DNA of 64,000 nucleotides from Thermodesulfobacteriota bacterium (GTDB taxonomy: Bacteria; Desulfobacterota_D; UBA1144; Nemesobacterales; Nemesobacteraceae): assembly GCA_965200595.1 (NCBI GenBank), contig CBDAUE010000008.1:97859-161858 (forward strand), read 5' to 3'. The notes beneath the pieces were generated by a model that saw nothing but the letters and a program-made list of their open reading frames with translations, made no database searches and was not told where the DNA came from. This document shows, in pieces, positions 9,186-18,211 of this stretch (its first letter is position 1; the number at the start of each line of letters is the position of its first letter). Made by a program: the position numbers and the translations under genes.

Positions 9186-10030
9186 CTTAGTCCGTTCCGA
9201 ACCATAAGCTGTAGTCTCTCCAGCTTACTGGGTCTTATAGAAGTGGTCCAGTTGGTCCATCCACGAGAGATTAAACGATCCAGAATGTCTTTGTATACGG
9301 CCTTCATTAACGCCGGTGGGCGTGTGCGCCACCAGCCTAACTGGTTCATGAGTCGCTCGGCCTTTTCATACTCGGATATGGCGTACGCGGCAAGAAAATC
9401 ACAAACACCCGCAAACCCTGTTTGCTGAATTAGCGATCCGGAAAGGTCAGGATTCACATCGTACTTACGTAACAGATGGGATGGAATGTATAGCCGGTTA
9501 ATGGCGAGGTCTTCCTTGATATCCCTCAGAATGTTGGTGAGTTGAAAGGCGTTACCTAACGTTACCGCGAAGCGTGGGGCAGGTGACCGAACGAGTCCGA
9601 AGATAGGAATGCAGAGCATTCCTACTGCGCCTGCTACCCGACGACAATAGCGTAGCAGGTCGTCCATGGATTCCATACGCACCTCCATCTTTGCATCGAT
9701 TTCCATCCCCTGGATCAGAGCATGAAATTCTTCCTGCGGTAACTGATAGTGCAGTAAAACCTCTTCAATGGCTTTTGTGACGGGGTGTTGGGGCTTGCCT
9801 TGAAAAAGATTGTCTATTTCCTGATGCCACCCTGACAGCTGACGCTGCTTTGATTCGGGTGAATCATCGGAATCGGCGATGTCATCTACGATTCTGGAAA
9901 AAGCATAAACAGCATAGATAGCCTTGCGGCCCCGCTTGGGCAATATTCGCATTCCCCACCAGAATGATGAATTAGCTTTGCCCACGATATGGTGAACATA
10001 GTCCCAGTTATCCGGTGCTGTGGAGGCCAT
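9182..10030 (-). CDS. hpnD: Presqualene diphosphate synthase HpnD (squalene/phytoene synthase family)
   Basis: 282 aa. The pattern SSFWWGMRILPKRGRKAIYAVYAFSRIVDDIAD is the Asp-rich first motif of the squalene-synthase fold. Confidence 0.8.
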   Translation of the reverse strand: MASTAPDNWDYVHHIVGKANSSFWWGMRILPKRGRKAIYAVYAFSRIVDDIADSDDSPESKQRQLSGWHQEIDNLFQGKPQHPVTKAIEEVLLHYQLPQEEFHALIQGMEIDAKMEVRMESMDDLLRYCRRVAGAVGMLCIPIFGLVRSPAPRFAVTLGNAFQLTNILRDIKEDLAINRLYIPSHLLRKYDVNPDLSGSLIQQTGFAGVCDFLAAYAISEYEKAERLMNQLGWWRTRPPALMKAVYKDILDRLISRGWTNWTTSIRPSKLERLQLMVRNGLR

Positions 10031-10032
10031 TC

Positions 10033-10917
10033 TTACAGAGAAGCTCGATTAGTACCTATAGTACGATCCCAGACGACCCTGGTACTTCCGGAAATCATGC
10101 AGGACAGAAACTGCCAGAAGTTTAGGGTAACCCGTTCTGCCAGAGGGTCTCTCTTGCGAAGTATTTCGGTGAGTTTCCAGGCGATAGCCAGTATCGCAGA
10201 AGCGTTCATAGCGAGACGCCTACTGTGAATCAATTTAGAAAGAGGAGCAGCTTGCTTAAGAAGCGATTCTACTCCGGACAGGCAGTGGTCCAATACCCGA
10301 CGCAGCTCGGGTGAGGAATGCTTCTTGGAAAGGGCACTGAGCGCAGCACCTTCCTGACGCATCCAATCTAGTGGTAAATACACACGGTCAAGCTCCAGAA
10401 AGTCGTTTGAACAATCCTGCAGATGGTTAAGGACCTGTAGCGCATTGCACAGAGCATCCGATGCAGGATATGCTCTGGGAGGCCCGTTGTGTAAATCTAT
10501 CAGGTATCGCCCAACCGGAGCAGCAGACAGAGAACAGTAATTCATGAGCTCCGACCATGAAGCATATCGTTGCTTCGTGGCATCTTGGGAGAACGCACGT
10601 ATGAGATCCTGACAATGGCGTGGGGTGATACCAGTCTTCTGAAGGCTAACACGCATTTCAGCTACTTCTTTGAACAGGACGCTGTCTGCCTCAGAATTAT
10701 CCAGTCCATCGGTAAAAGCAGAAAGTTTGGAGAGTTTTTCTGTATGGTTGAGAGTATCGGTGTCGGCAATGTCGTCAGCTGCGCGAGCGTATCTGTAGAA
10801 TACCTTCACGTGCTTGCGTTCCATTGAACCAAAGAAAACAGATGCAACAGGAAAGTTTTCGTCTCGGGCGGTTTTTCCGGAGGACGGTAGATAGTCCTGC
10901 TCAGTGCGGCTCATCAA
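10033..10917 (-). CDS. hpnC: Hydroxysqualene synthase HpnC (squalene/phytoene synthase family)
   Basis: 294 aa with an ENFPVAS motif followed by YRYARAADDIADTD. It abuts hpnD on the same strand. Confidence 0.8.
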   Translation of the reverse strand: MMSRTEQDYLPSSGKTARDENFPVASVFFGSMERKHVKVFYRYARAADDIADTDTLNHTEKLSKLSAFTDGLDNSEADSVLFKEVAEMRVSLQKTGITPRHCQDLIRAFSQDATKQRYASWSELMNYCSLSAAPVGRYLIDLHNGPPRAYPASDALCNALQVLNHLQDCSNDFLELDRVYLPLDWMRQEGAALSALSKKHSSPELRRVLDHCLSGVESLLKQAAPLSKLIHSRRLAMNASAILAIAWKLTEILRKRDPLAERVTLNFWQFLSCMISGSTRVVWDRTIGTNRASL

Positions 10918-12484
10918 ATTGTCTGGCGATGCAAGGGACAGTTCAAAACAATCGATTTCGCTTACCCGGCATTGGCTGGTATGCCAAATTCCTCAGATTT
11001 GTCAAGAATTAATCTCCGACAAATCATCGTCATGGGAGTTCGCTTTGTGTTCAGATGACATTGGAACCCATAATAATAGAAGGGCGCTTATTATTCCTTT
11101 CTTTCTGATGAAGCTTTATCGCTTTATGAACTGAAGGCTGTGCACTTATTTTGATAGTGACTTAACCGACATGCTGCTGCAAGGTAAAAGCCCTGTACAA
11201 AAAGGAGACAAAGCAGTTTTGAGTCCGTTCTGCCACAGCAAACCCCTTCAAAGAATGGCAGTTGTTTCCGATAATTGTTATAGTCATCGACTGGCTACCA
11301 AAATTTTGTGTGCATTTATACTCTTGGGCTTGGGAGCGTGTGGGGGTACGCCAGACCCAGTCAGTAGTGATTCAATGGAGGACTTCCTGGTCGAGTTACA
11401 GCCAAAATGGGATCATTAGCCTGATTCCACATCACAGTATGCGGAGGTCCAATCCCGGGCCTCCGAGATTTTGATGGATGTGTGAGTTCCCCTCAGGGGA
11501 TATTTTGAGATATTTTGAGCTGAGTACTCAACCGGACAGCTCCATTCTTCCAGATGTTTTCCAGGTTCTTGAGGACATACTTGACAGTAAGTATGAGACA
11601 GGTACAAGTACGAGGGTCCCGATTACGTCGTCCGGTGATTGTGGCAGCTTCAGTTTAGGCCGAGAGGACTTTGTAGGTGGAGACTCTCAAATGAATCTTG
11701 CGCTCGATCGTGTCATCCAAAATCTCCATGCTGGGCAGATTGAAGCTGTCAGTCTTTGTTACTGACATGCTGGTTTCTCCAGATCCACCCAGTGCCATGT
11801 ACCTGATAAAAAATTCTGTCTCTGAGGAATTGCTCCTCTCAGGGCTCGTGCTACAAGAGCTGGATGTGGTGATGATGGGGGTAAAATTGACTTTTTGGGG
11901 CCTGCAGGGAATGTGTGGTGGCAGTAATCGATGTTGGCTTAATGAGGGAATGAAACCGCAGCGATGGGTTCCTTTGCCCCAGCCAGTACATAGGCCACTT
12001 TATATTCTGATGATAGGGCGCTTTCCTGTGGATGCCATGCAAGAAGGACTAATCCCCGGGGTTGCCACCGAGTTGGAGAGCGCTATTAATTCGCTGGACT
12101 CCGAAGTTGAAGCAGTGGTAGAAGCGTTTTCGGAGAATAAAGAGTATGAGGCCACAGGGTGGGACATAGAGACCCAGCACATAGTGAACTATAGAAGTGC
12201 GTCCAAGAGTTATTACTGTCGCACAACCAATGGAACACTGACAGGGAGGGGCCAGCTCCATGAAGAGCTGTCTGATGATAGCTTCGCTGATATTCCCCGT
12301 TTTCTTTCGATTTCGAAGCATCGTGCAGTGAAATCACGAGTGACTTGAGTGATAAGGATGCCGTTCTGCATAAGCACACCCTTAGTGTTTCCTGTATCCG
12401 ACAATCCTGAGTGGGAGGAATGGAACTGCCTGAGGCATGCCCCAAGCTGCACTTTCGGGATGAAGAGGCTAGCTTACAGCCTTC

Positions 12485-13246
12485 GTGCAGTCAGATACGA
12501 AGGCGACTTTACCCTTCGGTTCGAAGGACAAAACTAGGATCCGAAAAGAGCTGGATACTGTAAATCCGGCCTTGGTAGGATCGATTAGGCCGAGACATCC
12601 GTTTTTTTTCGAACGGTTGTCCGGGCGGATTCTGGTGATCGAGGTTTTTGGGCGCTATGCAGGGTACTCGGCCCTGCTACCCACTATGGCTGGTGCTGCC
12701 GATCGGTGTGTGATTCCAGAAGTAGATTTTGATATTGAACACTTGGCAGAGCTGATGGTCTACGACAGAAACCGTCGTAGCAGCAAATACTCTGTGGTAC
12801 TTATTTCGGAGGGAGCAAAAATTAAAGGTGATGCGGCTATGTCGTTCCTGGGCCAGGAGAAGGACCAGTACGGTCATGCGAAGCTTGGCGGGATCGGCGT
12901 ACGCGTAGGAAGCGAGCTTAAGCGCTTGTCGACAAAGTACAACAATGGAAAGCGGATCAACGTCGTGAACCAGCGTTTGGGCTATCTGGTGCGCTGCGGT
13001 GCTCCCGATGCACTGGACTGTATCGTTCCCATGGCTTTCGGTAACCTGGCACTGGATCTCCTTCTGGAGGGCGTATCGGGTAAACTGGTCAATATCCACG
13101 ATGGTATCTACGGAAGCACTTCACTGGAGTGTATCAACGCCCCCCACAAGGTCGTAGATGTCAACAGATTCTATAATCAGGAACGGTTACGTCCAAACTA
13201 TCTGGCCTTTGACGGCGTCCCCCTGTTTGTGATGACAGCGGACTAG
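12485..13246 (+). pseudogene. Truncated phosphofructokinase copy. It has the C-terminal ~205 residues only, fused to an unrelated 48-aa N-terminus. It lacks the GGDD and PKTMDND catalytic motifs.
   Basis: From codon 49 (nt 12630) it is about 99 % identical to nt 35014..35630 of the intact pfk at 34437..35630. Upstream of that point there is no similarity. Confidence 0.7.
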
Positions 13247-13314
13247 ATTCGGACCTGGAAAAGGTCGGATAGCGTGAACCCGCAATTCGGTGTTGGGTAT
13301 AGCTAACTTTCCTG

Positions 13315-14835
13315 ATGTACCTCCAGGCACATCGTTCAAAACTGGTTTCTATGCGAAGTATAGCGCTTGTGTTTGCTTTATTGCTTCCGGCCGCAGTTTT
13401 TGGCCAGGAGGTGTCTGTGAAATCTATCCCTATAGCGACGGGCAGTCAGTTTTTACTGTATCCCTCAGTTTCAGCTGCAATGGGGGGTGTCAGTATTGCT
13501 GTTGATGACCCTTGGGGCGACCCCTTCGTTAATCCCGCCAAGGGTAGTGGCATTTCCAGCAGCATTTTCACAGCGACCCCACAATTCTATTCCATAGGAA
13601 GGTCAACCAGTGGGTTGGGCCACTCCGCCTACACCTTGCCCGTCACCGTGTTAGGTCGCTATAGACAATACTTTGGGGGGATTGGGTTGGCATGGCAGGA
13701 GATGACTCGCCAAGAGCAGAATGACTGTTGCTGGGTATTTTCGGAGTCTTCGACCAGTTCCTTCGCGACCCTGTTGGACGTGGCGCCACAGGGAGGGATC
13801 TCGCGGAGAAACCTGTATCTCACACTATTTGGAGGTAAGGAACTAAGCAAAGGGCTAAGTGTCGGGTTCAGTGTTTTCGCAGCCGGCCTCGCAGGGGTTG
13901 AAGGCGTGCAGCTGCTCTATGGTCAGGGAGATGATGTCGATCAGGAAGGCGGAATGGCGACATACAAGGTCGGCCTCAGTCAGCGATGGGAGAGTGGCCG
14001 CACAGCAGAAGTGATTTTGCAACATAACCGGTTCAAAATGTCCCATACCATTACATCCGTGTTTTGGGATGGAGACTGGGACGATGGTCAGTGGCGCTCG
14101 GAACAGCGTCTGGAGAAGGACGAGACCAATGGCGTAGCCCTCAGGCTTGGTTATTCCCAGCCACTCTCAAAAGGGTGGACCATCGGGGCCCGACTGGTTG
14201 GGGATTGGAAATCACACCCCAAGATTCCCAACTATGACCTGATGCAGATACCGAGAGATCCAGGAAATACCGGAGCCTACAATATAGGGGTAGGTTTTTC
14301 TCGGGTTATCAGAAAGACCACGTTTGCTTTTGATGTGATCTACGAGCCCATTTGGAGTCACACCTGGGCGTACGCTGAAGAGGATATTGTGTTTGATGAT
14401 TTACCTCCCATCAAGGCTGGAGAGAAAACTGTCGAAAACTTCTTTCGCTTCAATAACAGTCACTTTCGGATTGGAGTCCAACAGAAGGGTTCACGGATAG
14501 AGTTTGGGATGGGGCTGAATCTGCACGCAATCAGTTATCGCCTGGAGCAGGAGAATTTTGTCGGTCGATTTGAGCGTACTCTGGATGAATCGTGGGGAGA
14601 GTGGACGCTTACGGCCAGCCTGGGGTATGATTTTAAAGGATTCCTGCTGAAGTACTTGAGTATTCTGACATGGGGCACCGGTCAGCCAGGGATTTTAAAT
14701 CGGGGTTTCTCCGAAGCAGGAGATGGCCTCCTGAATAATAGCAGCTTTGTGGCTGCTCCCGCTGGGGCATTGGACCTGATTGATGCTCGCGTCTGGACGC
14801 ATCGCCTGACACTAGTTGTGCCTTTGACAGAGTAG
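13315..14835 (+). CDS. Second, full-length copy of the putative secreted / outer-membrane protein (paralog of 35698..37254). The likely start is the M at 13351 (signal peptide MRSIALVFALLLPAAVFGQE).
   Basis: 506 aa versus 518 aa. It differs by a 12-aa (36-bp) tandem-repeat unit and 5 substitutions. The upstream 70 bp is also duplicated, so a promoter may be retained. Confidence 0.55.
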   Translation: MYLQAHRSKLVSMRSIALVFALLLPAAVFGQEVSVKSIPIATGSQFLLYPSVSAAMGGVSIAVDDPWGDPFVNPAKGSGISSSIFTATPQFYSIGRSTSGLGHSAYTLPVTVLGRYRQYFGGIGLAWQEMTRQEQNDCCWVFSESSTSSFATLLDVAPQGGISRRNLYLTLFGGKELSKGLSVGFSVFAAGLAGVEGVQLLYGQGDDVDQEGGMATYKVGLSQRWESGRTAEVILQHNRFKMSHTITSVFWDGDWDDGQWRSEQRLEKDETNGVALRLGYSQPLSKGWTIGARLVGDWKSHPKIPNYDLMQIPRDPGNTGAYNIGVGFSRVIRKTTFAFDVIYEPIWSHTWAYAEEDIVFDDLPPIKAGEKTVENFFRFNNSHFRIGVQQKGSRIEFGMGLNLHAISYRLEQENFVGRFERTLDESWGEWTLTASLGYDFKGFLLKYLSILTWGTGQPGILNRGFSEAGDGLLNNSSFVAAPAGALDLIDARVWTHRLTLVVPLTE

Positions 14836-14904
14836 CGATCCAGGGCTACATCCCGCCAGCAACCGGCTATCACAACCGGCGTAAACTATGGTGTAGCCGG
14901 GAGC

Positions 14905-15150
14905 ATGACTCGGTCGGACGACCGAACGAATATGGATACATTATACTGGGCAACGCTAATCGTAGGTGGGGTTTTTGTGCTGGCCGCAATCTTTGGTGGC
15001 GGTGAAACCGATTCTGATGTTGAGGCGGAAGTCGATGTGGACGCTGATGCGGACGTGGACATGGATGCTGATGGGGGTGTTGGTTGGGTAGACCTTTTCT
15101 CGCTCCGAACCATTTTTCTCTTTGCCGCATTTTTTGGTCTGTCAGGTGTT
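14905..15150 (+). pseudogene. NfeD-family gene fragment. It has the first 82 codons only (TM1, the acidic [19 protein letters not shown] stretch, half of TM2), then reads out-of-frame into a pfk fragment.
   Basis: Identical at protein level to residues 1-82 of the ORF at 37324..37908. It diverges exactly at the duplication junction (15150/15151). Confidence 0.65.
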
Positions 15151-15307
15151 CAATACCGAAAACCATGGATAACGACGTCCCGGGAACAGACTACTGCATA
15201 GGGTTCGGGACGTGCGTCACGCGTACCCTGGAACTGTCACATACGCTACGTACCTCTGCTGGATCGCACGAACATTTTTTGATATTTCTGGATACACCGT
15301 AGTCAAA

Positions 15308-15757
15308 TCAGGAATTTCGTGTCTCAGCCATATAGCGCTGAATTCCTGCACAGGTATCCTGCCATCCACGTACGCAGGCTTCGAAAAAGTCCTCTGATCC
15401 CGGGGGAAATCCATCATGAATAACTCTCAACTCTGAGCCTTTTTCATGGGGTAAAACCTCAAACGTAACCACGAATTCTGCATCCACGGGGTAATAGCCG
15501 TCTTTGGCGTAGTACTCAAAGTCGACTAGAACAATTCGGTGTGGGGCGTCAAACTCAGCAATCTTCGAATAGGAGAGGTAGGTCGGGTCATCTTCATCTC
15601 CCCAAGCGGCAATGTAGTATCCGTTTTTTCGGGCCACTACAATTGCGGTGGAAGCCCCCCACCATCCGCGGATAGCCCTTGGGGTGTGCATGGCAGCAAA
15701 GAGGGAGCTCGGAGAGTCTGGGAATATCTCTTTATGGATCAGGCAGGACTTTGACAC
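15308..15757 (-). CDS. SRPBCC-superfamily protein (AHSA1 / activator-of-Hsp90-ATPase-homolog-like)
   Basis: 149 aa. The pattern ...RIVLVDFEY...FEVLPHEKGSELRVIHDGFP...GWQDTCAGIQRYM resembles the AHSA1 subgroup. Confidence 0.6.
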   Translation of the reverse strand: MSKSCLIHKEIFPDSPSSLFAAMHTPRAIRGWWGASTAIVVARKNGYYIAAWGDEDDPTYLSYSKIAEFDAPHRIVLVDFEYYAKDGYYPVDAEFVVTFEVLPHEKGSELRVIHDGFPPGSEDFFEACVRGWQDTCAGIQRYMAETRNS

Positions 15758-15835
15758 GACGGGGTGAGCTTAGTGATCCACTTCAACATATGAAACCAAC
15801 GGGGGTTAAAACGACAACTACAATCTAATATTCCC

Positions 15836-18184
15836 ATGTCCACACCGTCCAGTACCACGCTGAAGGTAACAGGGATGTCGTGTGCCGGTTGTTCTGCGCG
15901 ATTGGAAAAAGTGCTCAAAGAAGTTCCTGGAGTGCAGGATGCGCAGGTAAACTTTACAACGGGTACAGCAACGGTCTCTCAGGAATCAGTCAATAATGCC
16001 GCTCAGTGCGTTGATGCAATAGAACAGGCTGGTTTTGGAGTAGGATATGACTCCATGATCCTTACAGCCGGTAGCAGCACGAAGTTAGTGCCCGCCCTCG
16101 AAACCATGCCAGGCGTTCGTGATGTCCGCACAAGTACAGATGGGGAGGTAAAGGTCAGGTTTATCTCGGGACTTGTAAGCCGTGAGGAAATAGAATCCCA
16201 AGCGCGTGAAGCGGGCTATGTTGCCGAAGCACATGAAGAACCTCTTGGTGATCGCGTTCCGGAATATGTTGCAGAGCGTAAACGCTTTATCATTGCGGCG
16301 ATTCTGAGTGTCCCGATCCTGGTGCTTTCGATGGTCCCCGGAATAGCGTTTTCCGGGTTGCCATTCCTCCTTTTTGTTCTAACCACTCCGGTGGTAGTAT
16401 GGACAGGAAGAGAGTTTTTTGTTCGAGCCGCACAAGCGTTGCGTCACGGCTCTTCTGATATGAATACGTTAGTGGCGCTCGGAGTTGGCACGGCTTATCT
16501 GTACAGTGTAGTGGCCACTTTTTGGCCCTCATGGGTTGCTGGTGCAGGCACCACTCCAGACGTATACTTTGAGGCCGCTGCCGTCATCGTGGCTTTGGTG
16601 CTCTTGGGGAGGCACCTGGAGGGGAGGAGTAAGGCCAAGACTAATGTCGCGCTGGAAGCACTCATGGACCTGCAACCTTCCATTGCTCACGTACTAAGGG
16701 ACGGAGAGGTTGAGGACATCTCGGTTGGTGAAGTGCAAGTGGGAGACAGGATTATTATTCGCCCCGGCGAAAGCATTCCTCTGGATGGTGAGGTAGTAGA
16801 GGGAGTTTCCGCGGTCAATGAGAGCATGATTAGTGGAGAACCCCTGCCTGTTGAGAAGGCTCAGGGAAGCACTGTGCTGAGTGGAACGGTCAATACCCAT
16901 GGCTCTATAGTGGTCCAGGTCACCCAGATCGGTGACCAGACCACACTTCAACAGATTGTTCGCATGACACGCGAAGCACAGGAGCGTAAAGCGCCGGTAC
17001 AGCATCTGGCTGACAAGGTGTGCAGTGTTTTCGTGCCGGTGGTCCTTGGGATTGCTGTAATTACGCTGATTGCGTGGCTGATCTGGGGCCCTGAACCCTC
17101 CTTATCACGAGCACTGGTGGCATTTGTATCAGTACTGATCATTGCATGCCCGTGTGCCTTGGGGCTGGCGACACCAACAGCCATTGTTGTTTCTACAGGG
17201 GTGGGTGCCAAGCGTGGTATGCACTTCAAGGGTGGCGAAACCTTACAGCGGCTGGCTTCGGTTCGTCAGATAGTAATGGACAAGACGGGGACACTGACCG
17301 AAGGGAAACCAACCGTAGAATCAGTAACGACTGCCAATGGTTGGGAGGAAAATGAACTTCTCCGCCTGGCAGCGTCAGCGGAGATTCGCTCCCAGCATCC
17401 TTACGGGAAGGCTATTGTTTCTGAGGCAAAGCAGCGGGGACTGGAGTTATTTCCGGTGTTGACTTTTCAGTCTACAACAGGTCTGGGGATAACGGCGCAT
17501 GTGAATATGCAAGAAGTAGTAATAGGTAACGCTGCCCATCTAATAGAGCATGGAGTGGAGCTGGTAGCGCCAAAGCATGCTACGGTATTGGTTGCTGTGG
17601 ATGGCGTTTTGGCTGGGAAGATTCGACTATTTGACCGAGTTCGATCCTCAGCTCCTTCAGCAGTACAGTCACTAGATACCCTTGGGCTACAAATAACTAT
17701 GGCGACTGGGGATACTGTTGCTAATGCCCGAATGGTGGCAAAGGAGACGGGGATAGAGCGAATGGCTGCGGGGATTTTGCCCGGTGATAAAGCTCAAATT
17801 GTTCGTGAGATGCAAGAAGATGGAGATGGGGTTGCAATGGTAGGGGATGGAATCAATGATACCCCAGCACTTGCTGAGGCAGAAGTCGGAATTGCCTTGG
17901 GTACTGGCAGTCAGGTAGTTGTGGAAGCAGCGGACGTCACATTAATGAGAGATGACTTGCAGGCAGTGGGTGACGCTGTACGGCTGTCTCGAAAAACCAT
18001 GCGAATTGTAAAACATAATCTTTTCTTCGCATTCGCATACAACGTAGTGAGTATTCCTATCGCTGCTGGAGTTTTGTACGGGGCTTTGGGAATGATGCTG
18101 AATCCTATGATTGCCTCGGCTGCGATGGCTGCTTCGAGCGTGTCCGTGGTGACAAACAGCCTGCGACTAAACCGATTCAAGTAG
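15836..18184 (+). CDS. copA: Copper-translocating P1B-type ATPase
   Basis: 782 aa with an N-terminal HMA domain carrying GMSCAGC, the CPC transmembrane motif (CPCALGLATP), the DKTGTLT phosphorylation site and the GDGINDTPAL hinge. Confidence 0.9.
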   Translation: MSTPSSTTLKVTGMSCAGCSARLEKVLKEVPGVQDAQVNFTTGTATVSQESVNNAAQCVDAIEQAGFGVGYDSMILTAGSSTKLVPALETMPGVRDVRTSTDGEVKVRFISGLVSREEIESQAREAGYVAEAHEEPLGDRVPEYVAERKRFIIAAILSVPILVLSMVPGIAFSGLPFLLFVLTTPVVVWTGREFFVRAAQALRHGSSDMNTLVALGVGTAYLYSVVATFWPSWVAGAGTTPDVYFEAAAVIVALVLLGRHLEGRSKAKTNVALEALMDLQPSIAHVLRDGEVEDISVGEVQVGDRIIIRPGESIPLDGEVVEGVSAVNESMISGEPLPVEKAQGSTVLSGTVNTHGSIVVQVTQIGDQTTLQQIVRMTREAQERKAPVQHLADKVCSVFVPVVLGIAVITLIAWLIWGPEPSLSRALVAFVSVLIIACPCALGLATPTAIVVSTGVGAKRGMHFKGGETLQRLASVRQIVMDKTGTLTEGKPTVESVTTANGWEENELLRLAASAEIRSQHPYGKAIVSEAKQRGLELFPVLTFQSTTGLGITAHVNMQEVVIGNAAHLIEHGVELVAPKHATVLVAVDGVLAGKIRLFDRVRSSAPSAVQSLDTLGLQITMATGDTVANARMVAKETGIERMAAGILPGDKAQIVREMQEDGDGVAMVGDGINDTPALAEAEVGIALGTGSQVVVEAADVTLMRDDLQAVGDAVRLSRKTMRIVKHNLFFAFAYNVVSIPIAAGVLYGALGMMLNPMIASAAMAASSVSVVTNSLRLNRFK

Positions 18185-18211
18185 CTAACCCTTCTTGGCG
18201 AGTCCTCCACA

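Larger units (their letters stand above)
12630..15273 (+). repeat. Circularly permuted segmental duplicate of 34888..37569. Segment A (12630..15150) equals 35014..37569. Segment B (15151..15273) equals 34888..35010. Identity is about 99 %.
   Basis: I aligned the two regions by eye, codon by codon, using the ORF translations. B directly precedes A at the parental locus but follows A here. The two breakpoints map to the same parental position (35010/35014). Confidence 0.85.

Noticed and set aside
12505-12530. tRNA-like GGTTCGAAGG T-loop motif
   Set aside because: It is part of a simple 15-nt palindrome (ccttcggttcgaagg). No acceptor or anticodon arms can be drawn around it.
14870-15166. Minus-strand ORFs rich in His/Pro/Gln ([16 protein letters not shown]...) and Ser/Thr/Ala
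   Set aside because: They are the antisense reading of the GAT/GAC/GTG acidic repeat in nfeD (DVEAEVDVDADAD). It is a compositional artefact. The same ORF pair appears at 37289..37670.
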